From Candidatus Micrarchaeota archaeon (GTDB lineage: Archaea; Micrarchaeota; Micrarchaeia; Micrarchaeales; CABMGC01): 57,627 nt of DNA. The notes beneath the pieces are model-generated. The model worked only from the letters and a program-made list of their open reading frames with translations, did no database searches and was not told where the DNA came from. The stretch is taken from NCBI GenBank assembly GCA_021817125.1, contig JAKAWC010000004.1, forward strand, positions 1 to 57,627, read 5' to 3'. The number at the start of each line of letters is the position of its first letter. The stretch's first letter is position 1. Shown piece after piece: positions 36,046 through 45,532 of this stretch. Position numbers and translations under genes: made by a program.

Positions 36046-36939
36046 ATGGCAGTAACACGAATGGAACTTAAGAACCCGATAGCACGCGCCGCAGCTATAG
36101 AGAAACTTGCTGGCAATATACTCGAGGGGCTCGCGGAGAGACGCGTGGTGCAGACCAAAGATGGGCCGAAGACCATGAGCATGATATCCACATGGCTCAG
36201 GGACAAGCCTGAAGGCTGGATTCTGGCAGACGGAAAGACCTGGGCGCCGGTGTACGTAAATCTTAGACCACTCGCCAGCGCTGCGCCGTATCTCTATAGG
36301 GGACCGACTACTGATGCCCTGATACTGCTTCTCAGGGACATGGATTTCATTGATATTGAGGGAAGACCAAGGCCGCATCACAAGATAGTAGGCCTAGCAA
36401 TGGCTGGCATACCGCTTGGAGCCGCATTGACAGTTGAAACGGGAATTCCTTCGCTCTATACCCGGAAAGTGAATGACGAAGTCAAGACCGATAAGGCGTT
36501 CGAGGAAGCGGTGAAGGCGTGGGGAGGGCATTCTCTGGTCGAGGGAGTCATGGAAGATGGGGACGTACTCGCAATTGTTGACGACCTGACTACGAAGTTC
36601 TTTAGCAAAAGGATTGGCCTGCGACAGATCTCGCTGCAGGCAGAGAGGAGTGGTGTCAGGGTCGAGGTGCCGTTTGTTTTGACTGTGCTGGACAGGGAGC
36701 AGGGCGCCGCGGCGGAGGCAGCTGAGGACGGCATAGAGATACGCTCAGCCATCAAGTTCGTGTCAAAGGGGTTGAAGCAGCTGGAGGAGTTGGATGTGTG
36801 GAGCGCCCAAGAAACCGCTACGATAAGAGATTACTTCGCAGACCCGTCTAAGTTCCAGGCTCCAGAAGTTCGCGAAGAGCTGAAGAACCTGGCACTGAAT
36901 GCGCGTAGGGTGGATGCGGCAATATCCGCCGCCGTGTGA
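36046..36939 (+). CDS. pyrE: Orotate phosphoribosyltransferase-like type I PRTase
   Basis: LADGKTWAPVYVNLR, GIPL, YTRK, GGHSLVEG, AIVDDLTT, VLDREQG. Confidence 0.75.
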   Translation: MAVTRMELKNPIARAAAIEKLAGNILEGLAERRVVQTKDGPKTMSMISTWLRDKPEGWILADGKTWAPVYVNLRPLASAAPYLYRGPTTDALILLLRDMDFIDIEGRPRPHHKIVGLAMAGIPLGAALTVETGIPSLYTRKVNDEVKTDKAFEEAVKAWGGHSLVEGVMEDGDVLAIVDDLTTKFFSKRIGLRQISLQAERSGVRVEVPFVLTVLDREQGAAAEAAEDGIEIRSAIKFVSKGLKQLEELDVWSAQETATIRDYFADPSKFQAPEVREELKNLALNARRVDAAISAAV

Positions 36940-36943
36940 GCTA

Positions 36944-37819
36944 TTAGTAGGTCAACTCTTCCAGAAGCTCGTGCTCTGAGCTTATCCTCTTCAGGTCTTT
37001 CTTGTTTAGCACCGGCACCCCGTGCAGCCTGCCCTTCTTGTTCTTGCTCAGGAAGAAGGGATAGTTGTCCTCGAACGACTCCCTTACTGTCTTGAAGAAC
37101 TCTGCCCTCTTGACCATGGTGCGGATATTGGCGTCGCCGCTTATCTCATAGTAGTTTGATGACTTTGCGATTATGTCAAACGGTGCATTGGAGAGCTTTA
37201 TCGCCTTTATGCCGGTGTTTGCTAACTTTGTGGCGCCGACCTTGGCCGTTGACCTGACGTTCTGCTCGCTTGCCGTTATGGTCCCGTTCAGGACGCGCTC
37301 TATCTGCTCAATCGTCCTTATTGCAGCGTATCCTCCTTGTGACTCGTGCATATAGATGGTATCTTTCGATATCTTTGCTGACCTGGACAGCTTCGATCTT
37401 GTCATGTTATTGAGCTTTCGAAGATACCTGAGCTTTGCCCCGTCGACCAGCGCAGTCACGCCTATGGATTTTGAAGCGGTGAGGGACGGGAGGTTTGATG
37501 CTATCCTGTCCATCGAGTTGATTGAGACGCACCTAACCGAGAAACGGTTGTAGTCAACGCCTTCCGCAAGCTTGTTCCTCTTCGATACACTGCCCACTAT
37601 TAGCGGCTCGGCATCCATGAAAGAAGCTACCTTGTTGAGCGTGTCTGCCTCCTCCCTGCTGGCCGAGTCGACATTGTAGACCACCTTTATAACGAACTTG
37701 CGGTCCAGCCTCTTGGCAAGTATATCCATGCACGTGTGCATGTTCCGGATTATGACCAGAGAGTATCCGCTGTCTTCCAGAAGTTCGGCTACCTGCTTCA
37801 TGGCCCGGTCTTTCTTCAT
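36944..37819 (-). CDS. Conserved archaeal HTH transcriptional regulator (COG1395-like: PD-(D/E)XK-like N-domain plus XRE HTH)
   Basis: CMDILAKR...VIKVVYNVDS, DGAKLRYLR..MTRSKLS..ISKDTIYMHE, APFDIIAK. Confidence 0.8.
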   Translation of the reverse strand: MKKDRAMKQVAELLEDSGYSLVIIRNMHTCMDILAKRLDRKFVIKVVYNVDSASREEADTLNKVASFMDAEPLIVGSVSKRNKLAEGVDYNRFSVRCVSINSMDRIASNLPSLTASKSIGVTALVDGAKLRYLRKLNNMTRSKLSRSAKISKDTIYMHESQGGYAAIRTIEQIERVLNGTITASEQNVRSTAKVGATKLANTGIKAIKLSNAPFDIIAKSSNYYEISGDANIRTMVKRAEFFKTVRESFEDNYPFFLSKNKKGRLHGVPVLNKKDLKRISSEHELLEELTY

Positions 37820-37857
37820 GAGCTACTATCGGCTTTGGAGTTATAAAAAGGTTGGTT

Positions 37858-38655
37858 TTAGGACACGGTGCTGCCGCCTCTTCGGGCCGACTTGAGCTGC
37901 TGCTCCCGGAGTTCTGCTCTTACACGGATGGACTCGAAGTCCGCTCTAACACCAAGTAACCACTGTTTCGCGGCTTCGGGATCATTATCCTCGATGAGCA
38001 TGTCTAATGCGCGCCTTACCCAGCTGCCTCTCTCCTTATAGAGCGCATCCGGTTTTGACGTGAGGTAGTCTAGCTCCATCTTGGTGCTTTCTATAGCACC
38101 CGCGCTTAAGTTGCATAAAACAATATTTATTGTGGCTATCTCTTTCCTGTAGAACTCTGCGGTCTCTTCTTGCAGAGCCACTTTTAATGTGGCTGGGCGT
38201 CGAAGTTCCTTTGCATTGTGGCGTTCTGCGGATGCCGGGAGATTCAGCTGGGCTTTCATGTCTGCTTCTATACCTTCCAGTATGTCACATGCATCCTTTA
38301 GGTCTTTGCTCTGCAGTGCCAATTGTAGCTTGTATAGCGGGTCTTCGCGCAGGTATGGGAGCGAGTCCTTTAGGAGTATCTTTTCGTGAGCTTTTAGGTA
38401 TGACTTTACTGCGGCATCTGCCTTCTCGAAGTCTACAGGCTTCTCCTGCTCCGCCTCTGTGCCGGCCTGCCCTAGATACGCATTTACGAGCCTTACGAGC
38501 TCCAGCCTCACTCCAGGGTGGCCGAGGTATAAGTTTGCTGGCTTGCCCTCCTGCACTTCTATCAGTGGTCTCGGAGGTTCTGGGGGCCTGATTGGGGGTT
38601 TGGGGCCATCGAACGGGCCTGTCGGGAATCCACTAGGGGACTTTATTGCACCCAT
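37858..38655 (-). CDS. Hypothetical protein (Pro-rich N-terminus, helical)
   Basis: 265-aa ORF with GTGAAATCATG RBS and upstream TATA. Confidence 0.65.
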   Translation of the reverse strand: MGAIKSPSGFPTGPFDGPKPPIRPPEPPRPLIEVQEGKPANLYLGHPGVRLELVRLVNAYLGQAGTEAEQEKPVDFEKADAAVKSYLKAHEKILLKDSLPYLREDPLYKLQLALQSKDLKDACDILEGIEADMKAQLNLPASAERHNAKELRRPATLKVALQEETAEFYRKEIATINIVLCNLSAGAIESTKMELDYLTSKPDALYKERGSWVRRALDMLIEDNDPEAAKQWLLGVRADFESIRVRAELREQQLKSARRGGSTVS

Positions 38656-38772
38656 GATTTCACACTTAGATTAGCTCATTTTAGGGACTAATATATGCAG
38701 TTTGGTGAATTGAAGATCGGAAAAACGGAACGATCAAAATTGAGCTTTTTCTTGGTCTTTGTTTAATGCCAG

Positions 38773-39015
38773 CTAATACTCGCCATTGCGCACAGGGGCG
38801 GATTCCGTTTGTTCGGGCTTGGCCGTCGCCGGTCTGAGGTCTTGCCATCCTGGCATCAGATCCGTCCCATCGCTTTCCCCATACTGCGGGGCACTGGCAG
38901 CTTTCCTGACAGGTTTTGGGGGTAGGTTCGTATCCATGCCCTGCCTTTCCACAGGCCTCGCGGCTAACTTTAATGCTGCATCCTTCGCTTGCGCGGGAGC
39001 TATTATTTGTCCCAT
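38773..39015 (-). CDS. Hypothetical disordered protein
   Basis: GGAG RBS before MGQII; upstream TTTAAA box. Confidence 0.5.
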   Translation of the reverse strand: MGQIIAPAQAKDAALKLAARPVERQGMDTNLPPKPVRKAASAPQYGESDGTDLMPGWQDLRPATAKPEQTESAPVRNGEY

Positions 39016-39083
39016 GAAATCTCCTCGATTATTATATAATCCCTCGTTTAAATACATTCTTTTGAGAACGTTTAATGCCGTTG

Positions 39084-39410
39084 TCACTGGGAGCCGACGT
39101 TGTTCAGCATGTCCAGCTCAGCCTGCCTTATCCACGCCACGTCTGCAACTATGATTATTGCCTTTGGTATGTCTTTGCTGCATATTGCATTTATGGCGTC
39201 AGAGAACCATCCTGCCTTCTTTGCTATCCGGTCAGCTTCGGATAGCCTCCTCTCCTTCAGCGACTTTAGTGCCAACTCGTGCATGCCTGCATCAAGGTCC
39301 ATCTTGACGAGCTTTGCCAGCCGTAGGTCCTTGACTATCGTGGCAAGCTGTGAGCTGCCTACGCTTATCCTCTGCGGAATATTTTTCCCGGCGTTCTTGC
39401 TGGCACCCAT
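39084..39410 (-). CDS. Hypothetical protein
   Basis: GGTG RBS; upstream TATA; helical composition. Confidence 0.55.
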   Translation of the reverse strand: MGASKNAGKNIPQRISVGSSQLATIVKDLRLAKLVKMDLDAGMHELALKSLKERRLSEADRIAKKAGWFSDAINAICSKDIPKAIIIVADVAWIRQAELDMLNNVGSQ

Positions 39411-39571
39411 ATCTGCACCATATAAATTAGGTACTTTGCGGGATTAATATATTCAGAACAGCACGTCGGGGATTGCCGGAACGGAGAGGAGCTTTTCCAT
39501 GTACTTTTGCACCTCCGTTTAGAGGTATGGATTATATACGTTGACACGCCAATCGGATAGAGGGTGCTAGA

Positions 39572-40936
39572 GTGGAGGTCGAGGTTAGAACGGAGTGGCT
39601 TTCTGAACTTAAGAAGACTGATCCGGAGATGTTTGATGCTATAAAGAAGGAGCTAGACAGACAGAGAACGGGACTGGAGATGATTCCGTCAGAGAACTTC
39701 ACAAGCGTGGCGGTGATGCAGGCCTCAGGTTCGGTCCTTACCAATAAATACTCCGAAGGTTACCCTGGAAAACGATACTACGGAGGCAACCAGTTCATAG
39801 ACCTGGTCGAGAAGGCGGCGATTGAAAGGGCGAAGAGGCTCTTCGGCGTGGTGCACGCGAACGTGCAGCCTTATTCGGGCTCCCCGGCAAACATGGCGGT
39901 GTTGCTTGCGTTGTGCAAACCCGGAGACGTGATTAGCGGGCTCAACCTTACTGACGGCGGACACCTGACTCACGGCTGGAAGACGAGCGAGACCGGGCAG
40001 CTGTTCGAGAGCGTACCTTACCATGTAAAGCCAGACGGGTATATAGATATCGATGAGGTCAGGAGGATAGCGATGGAGAGGAAGCCGAGAGTCATATGGG
40101 TCGGGGCTACCGCTTACACTAGGGAGTTCCCGTTCGAGGAGCTTGGGAAAATCGCTGATGAATCAGGTGCATACCTTGTCGCAGATATAGCGCACATTGC
40201 AGGCCTCATTGCGGGAGGGGCGCACAAGAGCCCGTCGCCTTACGTTCACGTCATAACCACGACTACGCACAAGACCCTCAGGGGCCCAAGAGGTGCCATG
40301 ATAATGGTCACTGAGAAGGGCATGAAGAAAGACCCTGAACTTGCGGAAAAGATTGACAAGACCATCTTCCCTGGCCTGCAGGGCGGACCTCACGACCACA
40401 CTACCGCAGGCATAGCGATAGCGCTTCTTGAGGCGTCAAAGCCAGAGTTCAGGCAGTACGCTCAGCAGATAGTGAAGAACGCTAGGGCCCTGGCCGATGA
40501 GCTGATGAAGAACGGCATAAAGCTGGTTACTGACGGCACCGATAACCACATGCTCTTGGTGGACCTGACGCAATTTGGCAAAGGCAAAGGGGTATTCGTG
40601 CAGGACGCGCTTGACGTCGCTGGAATAACTGTGAACAAGAACACCATCCCGAACGACCCTGCTTCCCCGTTCTATCCTAGCGGCATAAGGATGGGCACCC
40701 CTGCGATAACGACAAGAGGGATGAAGGAGGCTGAGATGCGAACCATAGGCAAGCTTATTGCAGAAGTCATAAATGAAGTCAAGGGCTATGAGCTTCCTGG
40801 TGATAAAGAGGCACGGCAGGAATATCTGAAAAAGTTCAAGGCGGAGGTCGCTGAGAACAAGAAACTCATTGAGATACGCCAGAAAGTGAGCGAGCTTTGC
40901 TCTCATTTCCAGCTCTACCCCGATATAAACCCTTAA
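39572..40936 (+). CDS. glyA: Serine hydroxymethyltransferase (bacterial-type)
   Basis: MIPSENF, YSEGYPGKRYYGG, GGHLTHG, TTTHKTLRGPRG, GTDNH, SGIRMGTPA. Confidence 0.97.
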   Translation: MEVEVRTEWLSELKKTDPEMFDAIKKELDRQRTGLEMIPSENFTSVAVMQASGSVLTNKYSEGYPGKRYYGGNQFIDLVEKAAIERAKRLFGVVHANVQPYSGSPANMAVLLALCKPGDVISGLNLTDGGHLTHGWKTSETGQLFESVPYHVKPDGYIDIDEVRRIAMERKPRVIWVGATAYTREFPFEELGKIADESGAYLVADIAHIAGLIAGGAHKSPSPYVHVITTTTHKTLRGPRGAMIMVTEKGMKKDPELAEKIDKTIFPGLQGGPHDHTTAGIAIALLEASKPEFRQYAQQIVKNARALADELMKNGIKLVTDGTDNHMLLVDLTQFGKGKGVFVQDALDVAGITVNKNTIPNDPASPFYPSGIRMGTPAITTRGMKEAEMRTIGKLIAEVINEVKGYELPGDKEARQEYLKKFKAEVAENKKLIEIRQKVSELCSHFQLYPDINP

Positions 40937-40987
40937 GCCCAGCCCCCTGCGTTTTAAGCCTGCCTTTGAATACGTCGGTCTATGGCG

Positions 40988-41518
40988 TCAGGATTTCTTC
41001 AGGTCGATGTACATCTTATCCTCTGCGAAGTATCTGCCGTTGCGTTTTAATGCGTTTTTGAGCGATGCGTACCGCTTGAAGCCAAGTTTCTCATATACGT
41101 GGATCGCCCCTAGGTTGTTGGCAAAGACCGACAGCACGACTATCTCGAACCTCTTCTTGCATCTTTTCAGAATTTCCTTGATCAACGCCTGACCTATGCC
41201 GAGCGACCTGTAATCCTTCTGTATGGCTATGCCCAAGGCGCCTATGTGGCCTTGCTGGCTGCCGCCTCGTACCACCTCACATGCGCCGACGACCTTCCCG
41301 TCTGCGACGGCGACGAGCATGATTCGGTCCTTGTCGAGCACCGATTTGTACGTGTTTGCGAACCAGAGCGCCTCCTCCTGCCAGGTCGGCTTCTTCTCCA
41401 TCAGGGTCAGACCGAAGTCGGGGTCCGCGTCCACCTCTTCGTAGTAGCTGAAGAAGTTCGTGGCTATGTCGTGGAAGTCTTCCCATTTGAGATCTCTGAT
41501 TATGAATCCTTTAGGCAT
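40988..41518 (-). CDS. GNAT N-acetyltransferase
   Basis: YRSLGIGQAL motif A, NLGAIHVYEKLGF motif B. Confidence 0.9.
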   Translation of the reverse strand: MPKGFIIRDLKWEDFHDIATNFFSYYEEVDADPDFGLTLMEKKPTWQEEALWFANTYKSVLDKDRIMLVAVADGKVVGACEVVRGGSQQGHIGALGIAIQKDYRSLGIGQALIKEILKRCKKRFEIVVLSVFANNLGAIHVYEKLGFKRYASLKNALKRNGRYFAEDKMYIDLKKS

Positions 41519-41619
41519 GGTCTCACATTAGACCATCTCTCAAGGGGGCTATAAAAGCGTTTTCTGCAAGGCATATAGATTTTATCCTACAGATATACTT
41601 GGGGGCAAGTAGTGATTCT

Positions 41620-42183
41620 ATGATACTCTCAGACAAGGATATCAAGACCCAGTTGACAGCTGGAAGGATAAAGGTGTCACCATGCAACCTGGACAAGCAG
41701 CTCGGCGCTGTTGGCATAGATCTTAGGCTCAGCAATGCGTTTCGGATATTCAAGACTACCCATAAGCCATTCATCGACCTTACCGAGGAGATGTTCGACG
41801 TGGATACCGAGCTCCTTGAACTCCCGGAGGGGGAGAAGTTCATCGTGCACCCTGGGGAGTTCGTCCTAGGCATGACCATGGAGACTGTGGAGCTTCCGGA
41901 TAACATCGGGGGCAGGCTTGACGGCAGGTCCAGCCTTGGAAGGGTCGGGATAATCGTCCACTCGACAGCAGGGAGGGTAGAACCCGGGTGGAAAGGCAGG
42001 CTCACGCTTGAGATAAGCAACATAGGGAAGCTGCCGATCGCACTCATCCCTGGAATGAGGTTCTGCTGCCTAATGTTCGAGCAGATATCGACTCCGGTTG
42101 AGAAGGTTTACAAGGGGAAGTATCAGGGGACGATAATGCCTACCGCCTCAAAGATAAGCGAGGACTTCGCCGGAAAGAAGTAG
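41620..42183 (+). CDS. dcd: dCTP deaminase
   Basis: MILSDKDI, IDLRL, FVLGMTME, GRSSLGRVG, AGRVEPGWKGRLTLE, GKYQG. Confidence 0.93.
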   Translation: MILSDKDIKTQLTAGRIKVSPCNLDKQLGAVGIDLRLSNAFRIFKTTHKPFIDLTEEMFDVDTELLELPEGEKFIVHPGEFVLGMTMETVELPDNIGGRLDGRSSLGRVGIIVHSTAGRVEPGWKGRLTLEISNIGKLPIALIPGMRFCCLMFEQISTPVEKVYKGKYQGTIMPTASKISEDFAGKK

Positions 42184-42185
42184 TC

Positions 42186-42755
42186 CTATACCTGTTTTTC
42201 TTTTCCCCCAGTGGCAACTCGGCCTCCCTTCCACTGGCCCTCGTATGCCCTGAAGATGTCACCTAGCACCTGCACGAAGACTATGTTCGCTATCCTGGCG
42301 CCCAGTTCAAGCCTGAAAGACTTTGGGCCAAGGTTCGCAAGCGCGAATGTGAGCTCGCCGAAGTATCCGGGATCGGTCTTCGTAGCCATCAGGTATACCC
42401 CGCATCTCTGGAGAGTTGAGCGTGGATGCACGTCGAGCATTAGGTACGTAGGCTCTCCACCGTCTATCGATATCTTCTCGCCTGGCAGATTAACCTTTTC
42501 CATAGTCTTTACCAAGATGTATTCCTGTGGTTTGAGCACTATCTCTTTGTCGCCATTCTTTATGTCTGCGATCTTCTCTATGTCAGAGCTCTTCCTGTCG
42601 ACTGCACCGAGGAATCCTTCACCGGTGATCCGGTATACCTCGCCTACTCTGATGTCAATCCCGACGCCCTCCGGATTTGCTTCTCTGGCGTCGAGGTTCT
42701 CTAGCAGCTTGTACTTCTCATTTAGCTCAAGAATCTTCTTTGTCGAAATTATCAT
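42186..42755 (-). CDS. dut: Trimeric dUTPase / dCTP-deaminase superfamily protein
   Basis: GIDIRVG, PRSTLQRCG, DPGYFG, GARIA, YEGQWKG. Confidence 0.75.
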   Translation of the reverse strand: MIISTKKILELNEKYKLLENLDAREANPEGVGIDIRVGEVYRITGEGFLGAVDRKSSDIEKIADIKNGDKEIVLKPQEYILVKTMEKVNLPGEKISIDGGEPTYLMLDVHPRSTLQRCGVYLMATKTDPGYFGELTFALANLGPKSFRLELGARIANIVFVQVLGDIFRAYEGQWKGGRVATGGKEKQV

Positions 42756-42781
42756 GCCATTGCCTCAGTTCTAAGTGGTAC

Positions 42782-44422
42782 TCATTTCTTATCCTGCTCC
42801 TGCTGCATCTTGGCGTTCAGCTTCGCCATCTTCTCGTCGATCCTCTTCTCGCTCTCTATCCTTGCGAGGGCGTAGTCGTTCATGTCGACCTGCATGTACT
42901 CGGTGAGAGTCGGGTGCTGTTCTGCCACGAGGCGCTTCATGTTCTGTGCGAGTTTCCTGTAGTCAGGATGACCCTGCCGCTGCGACCTCAGCTCGGTAAG
43001 GTGGTGAATCTCCCTCAGGTTCATCTTTATGTACCATCGCAGATGGAATGACCGTGGCACAACGTACTGCGCCTCTACCGGCATCTCGGCGGCGATGGCT
43101 TTGTAAGCCCGTTTGCAGTCCTCCATGAGGGTCTTGTACTCCTTATCGAGCCCTATGTCTGCCAGTTCCACAGGTAGGTCGTAGCCGAGGTTGGCCGTGA
43201 GCGCCTGCCTTTCTGTGCTCAGGACCCTGTGCCGGTGGATGTCCCTGAAAATCCCGTAGTTCGCACACATCTCAAACGTGTAGAACAGGTTCTCCAGCGC
43301 CCTGCCAGCCTTGTCCCTCCTGTTTCTGCGCTTGGAGAGGTATGCCTTTGCGAGCTCTCTTCTCTTTTCTTGGGGCATGGCTCTTATCTCAGCCCTGAGC
43401 TGGGCGAGTGGCTTGGAGGAGTAGGGGTAGAGCATCGCAGCGAGAACCTTCTCTTCTCCGTCAGGCTCGAAGTCCATGAGTTTCAGATACGGTTGCTCCT
43501 CCTGCTGCGCTGGAGAGGCTCCGATCGTGCCTGCGAATGCCTGCATCTCGGCGCGGGTGCCGGTTATGTACTCTGAAAGCTGTGCCCTCTTCACGAATGA
43601 TGGAAGCGCTTTCCTCAACTCTGCGTGGAGTTCGCTGGCGATATTCTGCGCCTCTGTGAGATTCGATGAATATAACTTAGTAAGCAGGTACTCGAATGAC
43701 CTTCCGTTCCCGAAGAGCCCTATGTTGGTCAGCCTTCCTGCGGTCAGCATGTTCTTTAGTATGTCGCACGCTTGTGCCCTGCATGCCGTCTCATACGCCC
43801 TGTCGGTCGCGGTCGGATCCTTTGGCGTGACCGCCTTGACGTGTGCATTCACCCTTGGCATCCACTCGACATATTGGTCGAATATCCTATCCATGAGTTC
43901 GGTGTACATCGGCTCGAACTTGGACTCCATTATCTTAGGCTCCCTGTACCAGAGGTACTTACCATTGACCTTCTTGTCGAACAGTACATACCTCGCCGAC
44001 TTTTCCAGAGGGGATATCCCAATCCTCGAGTCGGTGAGCTGGTCCGCTGCCAGGCTGGAGACGCTCTCGCATGCAACGTGCACTCCGGCAAGCTCTGCTA
44101 CCGAATCGTCGCCATAACCAACAAGCACACGCTCGTAGAACTGCTCTGCCTTTTCCTGGTTAAGTATGAAGGACGCGGCTCCTGCAGTTGTGCCACCTTC
44201 CTTCTGCTCGAATATGTCCTTGTTCGCCATGAACTCGTCAAGCAGTATCTTCCTGACGCTCTTGTCGGTCCTGCTGTATCTGGAGAATAGAGTGCCCTTT
44301 ATGACCTCAGGGAGGTTGGTCAGGACGAAGATGGACTTGTCCATGTTGGAGAAGAACGGGCCGAGCATGCGCTGTTCTGCATCGGAGAAAGTCTCTGATG
44401 AGGAATAGTTGCCCCCCGTCAT
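42782..44422 (-). CDS. thyX: Flavin-dependent thymidylate synthase, tandem two-domain form
   Basis: LFSRYSR, YGDDSVAEL, EKSARY, RDIHRHR, MNLRE..HLTELRS..QGHPDYR. Confidence 0.93.
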   Translation of the reverse strand: MTGGNYSSSETFSDAEQRMLGPFFSNMDKSIFVLTNLPEVIKGTLFSRYSRTDKSVRKILLDEFMANKDIFEQKEGGTTAGAASFILNQEKAEQFYERVLVGYGDDSVAELAGVHVACESVSSLAADQLTDSRIGISPLEKSARYVLFDKKVNGKYLWYREPKIMESKFEPMYTELMDRIFDQYVEWMPRVNAHVKAVTPKDPTATDRAYETACRAQACDILKNMLTAGRLTNIGLFGNGRSFEYLLTKLYSSNLTEAQNIASELHAELRKALPSFVKRAQLSEYITGTRAEMQAFAGTIGASPAQQEEQPYLKLMDFEPDGEEKVLAAMLYPYSSKPLAQLRAEIRAMPQEKRRELAKAYLSKRRNRRDKAGRALENLFYTFEMCANYGIFRDIHRHRVLSTERQALTANLGYDLPVELADIGLDKEYKTLMEDCKRAYKAIAAEMPVEAQYVVPRSFHLRWYIKMNLREIHHLTELRSQRQGHPDYRKLAQNMKRLVAEQHPTLTEYMQVDMNDYALARIESEKRIDEKMAKLNAKMQQEQDKK

Positions 44423-44602
44423 AGAATCACAGGATTAATAGTCTCGCCCAAGGTATAAAAACCTGCTATCGGCTGACGTGTATCTGGGAGAGAATGTCAG
44501 ATTTGCGGTGCTGTAGAGGTTGTAGTCGTATCCTGGCGTGAAGTTGGCGATCTGTGAGATATTTGCACTGAGTATTCCGGCCGACCCCAGCGCGGCCTGC
44601 TT

Positions 44603-44854
44603 CTACGCATTGCTGATTATATTTGAGTTGGTGCGCGTCTGCGGCACCCCTGGCTTGTTGAAGTTTGGGTTTCCGGGAGAGTACATCTGCTCTATTCTTG
44701 TCTGGACAGTGTCGCCAGTGCATGCACAGGTGCAGTCTATCCTCTTGCCCACTATGCCTAGGAAACCGGTCCTCTTCGTTGCGCATTTTTCACACATCTT
44801 ATTCCCTTGATTGTGTTTTACCAGCTTGGAATGCTCCCTTCGTTCTATAGGCAT
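44603..44854 (-). CDS. Small Cys-containing hypothetical ORF or gene remnant
   Basis: ATG after GGTAAATC; CEKC...CTCAC; frame stays open about 55 codons beyond the TAG. Confidence 0.3.
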   Translation of the reverse strand: MPIERREHSKLVKHNQGNKMCEKCATKRTGFLGIVGKRIDCTCACTGDTVQTRIEQMYSPGNPNFNKPGVPQTRTNSNIISNA

Positions 44855-44928
44855 GATTTACCTGTGCCTGAATGATATCGATTGATATGTTTTATTGTAT
44901 GCGGTTACCATTCTCGGAATCTGAACAC

Positions 44929-45414
44929 TCAAATGTCCTTGACCATCTCAAAATCAACGTCTCTATATCCGAACTTTTTATAGAAATTATGAGCACCCTC
45001 ATTCGGCGTAAATACCTCTATGAATATTTTCTTGCACCCACTCTGTTTCAGGTACCCCTCGCCTGCTTTCATCAGTAATGCCCCAACGCCCTGCCCTCTA
45101 TGGTCCTTACCCAGATAGAGTTCTGATATCCTTCCCCTTAGACCAGATTTGGCACCAGGATCGCTGCTCTTTGGTAGTACAATGGCTACTATAAGCCCGA
45201 TCATATCTGCGCCCCTAAGAGCAACAAACATCTTGCCTTTATTTTTTGATATGTTTTTCAGCGTCAATTCGGTGTATTTCTTACCAAAACCATCTGGCCT
45301 CTTTAGGATATCGAAAGAGTCCATAGCTACAAGATAATCTTGGAAATCGTCGAAAAGCTTCGCTACCGCTTTATTGTCAGAGATACTGTACTCTCTTATT
45401 TCCATTTTTACCAT
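44929..45414 (-). CDS. GNAT N-acetyltransferase (low GC, directly after tRNA-Glu)
   Basis: HRGQGVGALL, NEGAHNFYKKFGY. Confidence 0.88.
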   Translation of the reverse strand: MVKMEIREYSISDNKAVAKLFDDFQDYLVAMDSFDILKRPDGFGKKYTELTLKNISKNKGKMFVALRGADMIGLIVAIVLPKSSDPGAKSGLRGRISELYLGKDHRGQGVGALLMKAGEGYLKQSGCKKIFIEVFTPNEGAHNFYKKFGYRDVDFEMVKDI

Positions 45415-45419
45415 CAAAG

Positions 45420-45494
45420 TGCTCCCATCGGGATTTGAACCCGAGTTGCGGGGTTGAAAGCCCCGCGTCCTTGGCCGGACTAGACGATAGGAGC
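45420..45494 (-). tRNA. tRNA-Glu (TTC)
   Basis: GCTCCTA...CGGGG-CTTTCAA-CCCCG...GGTTCAAATCC...TGGGAGC-A. Confidence 0.97.
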
Positions 45495-45532
45495 GTGGTA
45501 TAAATCGGTTACTCGTGCTTATATATTTTCCC

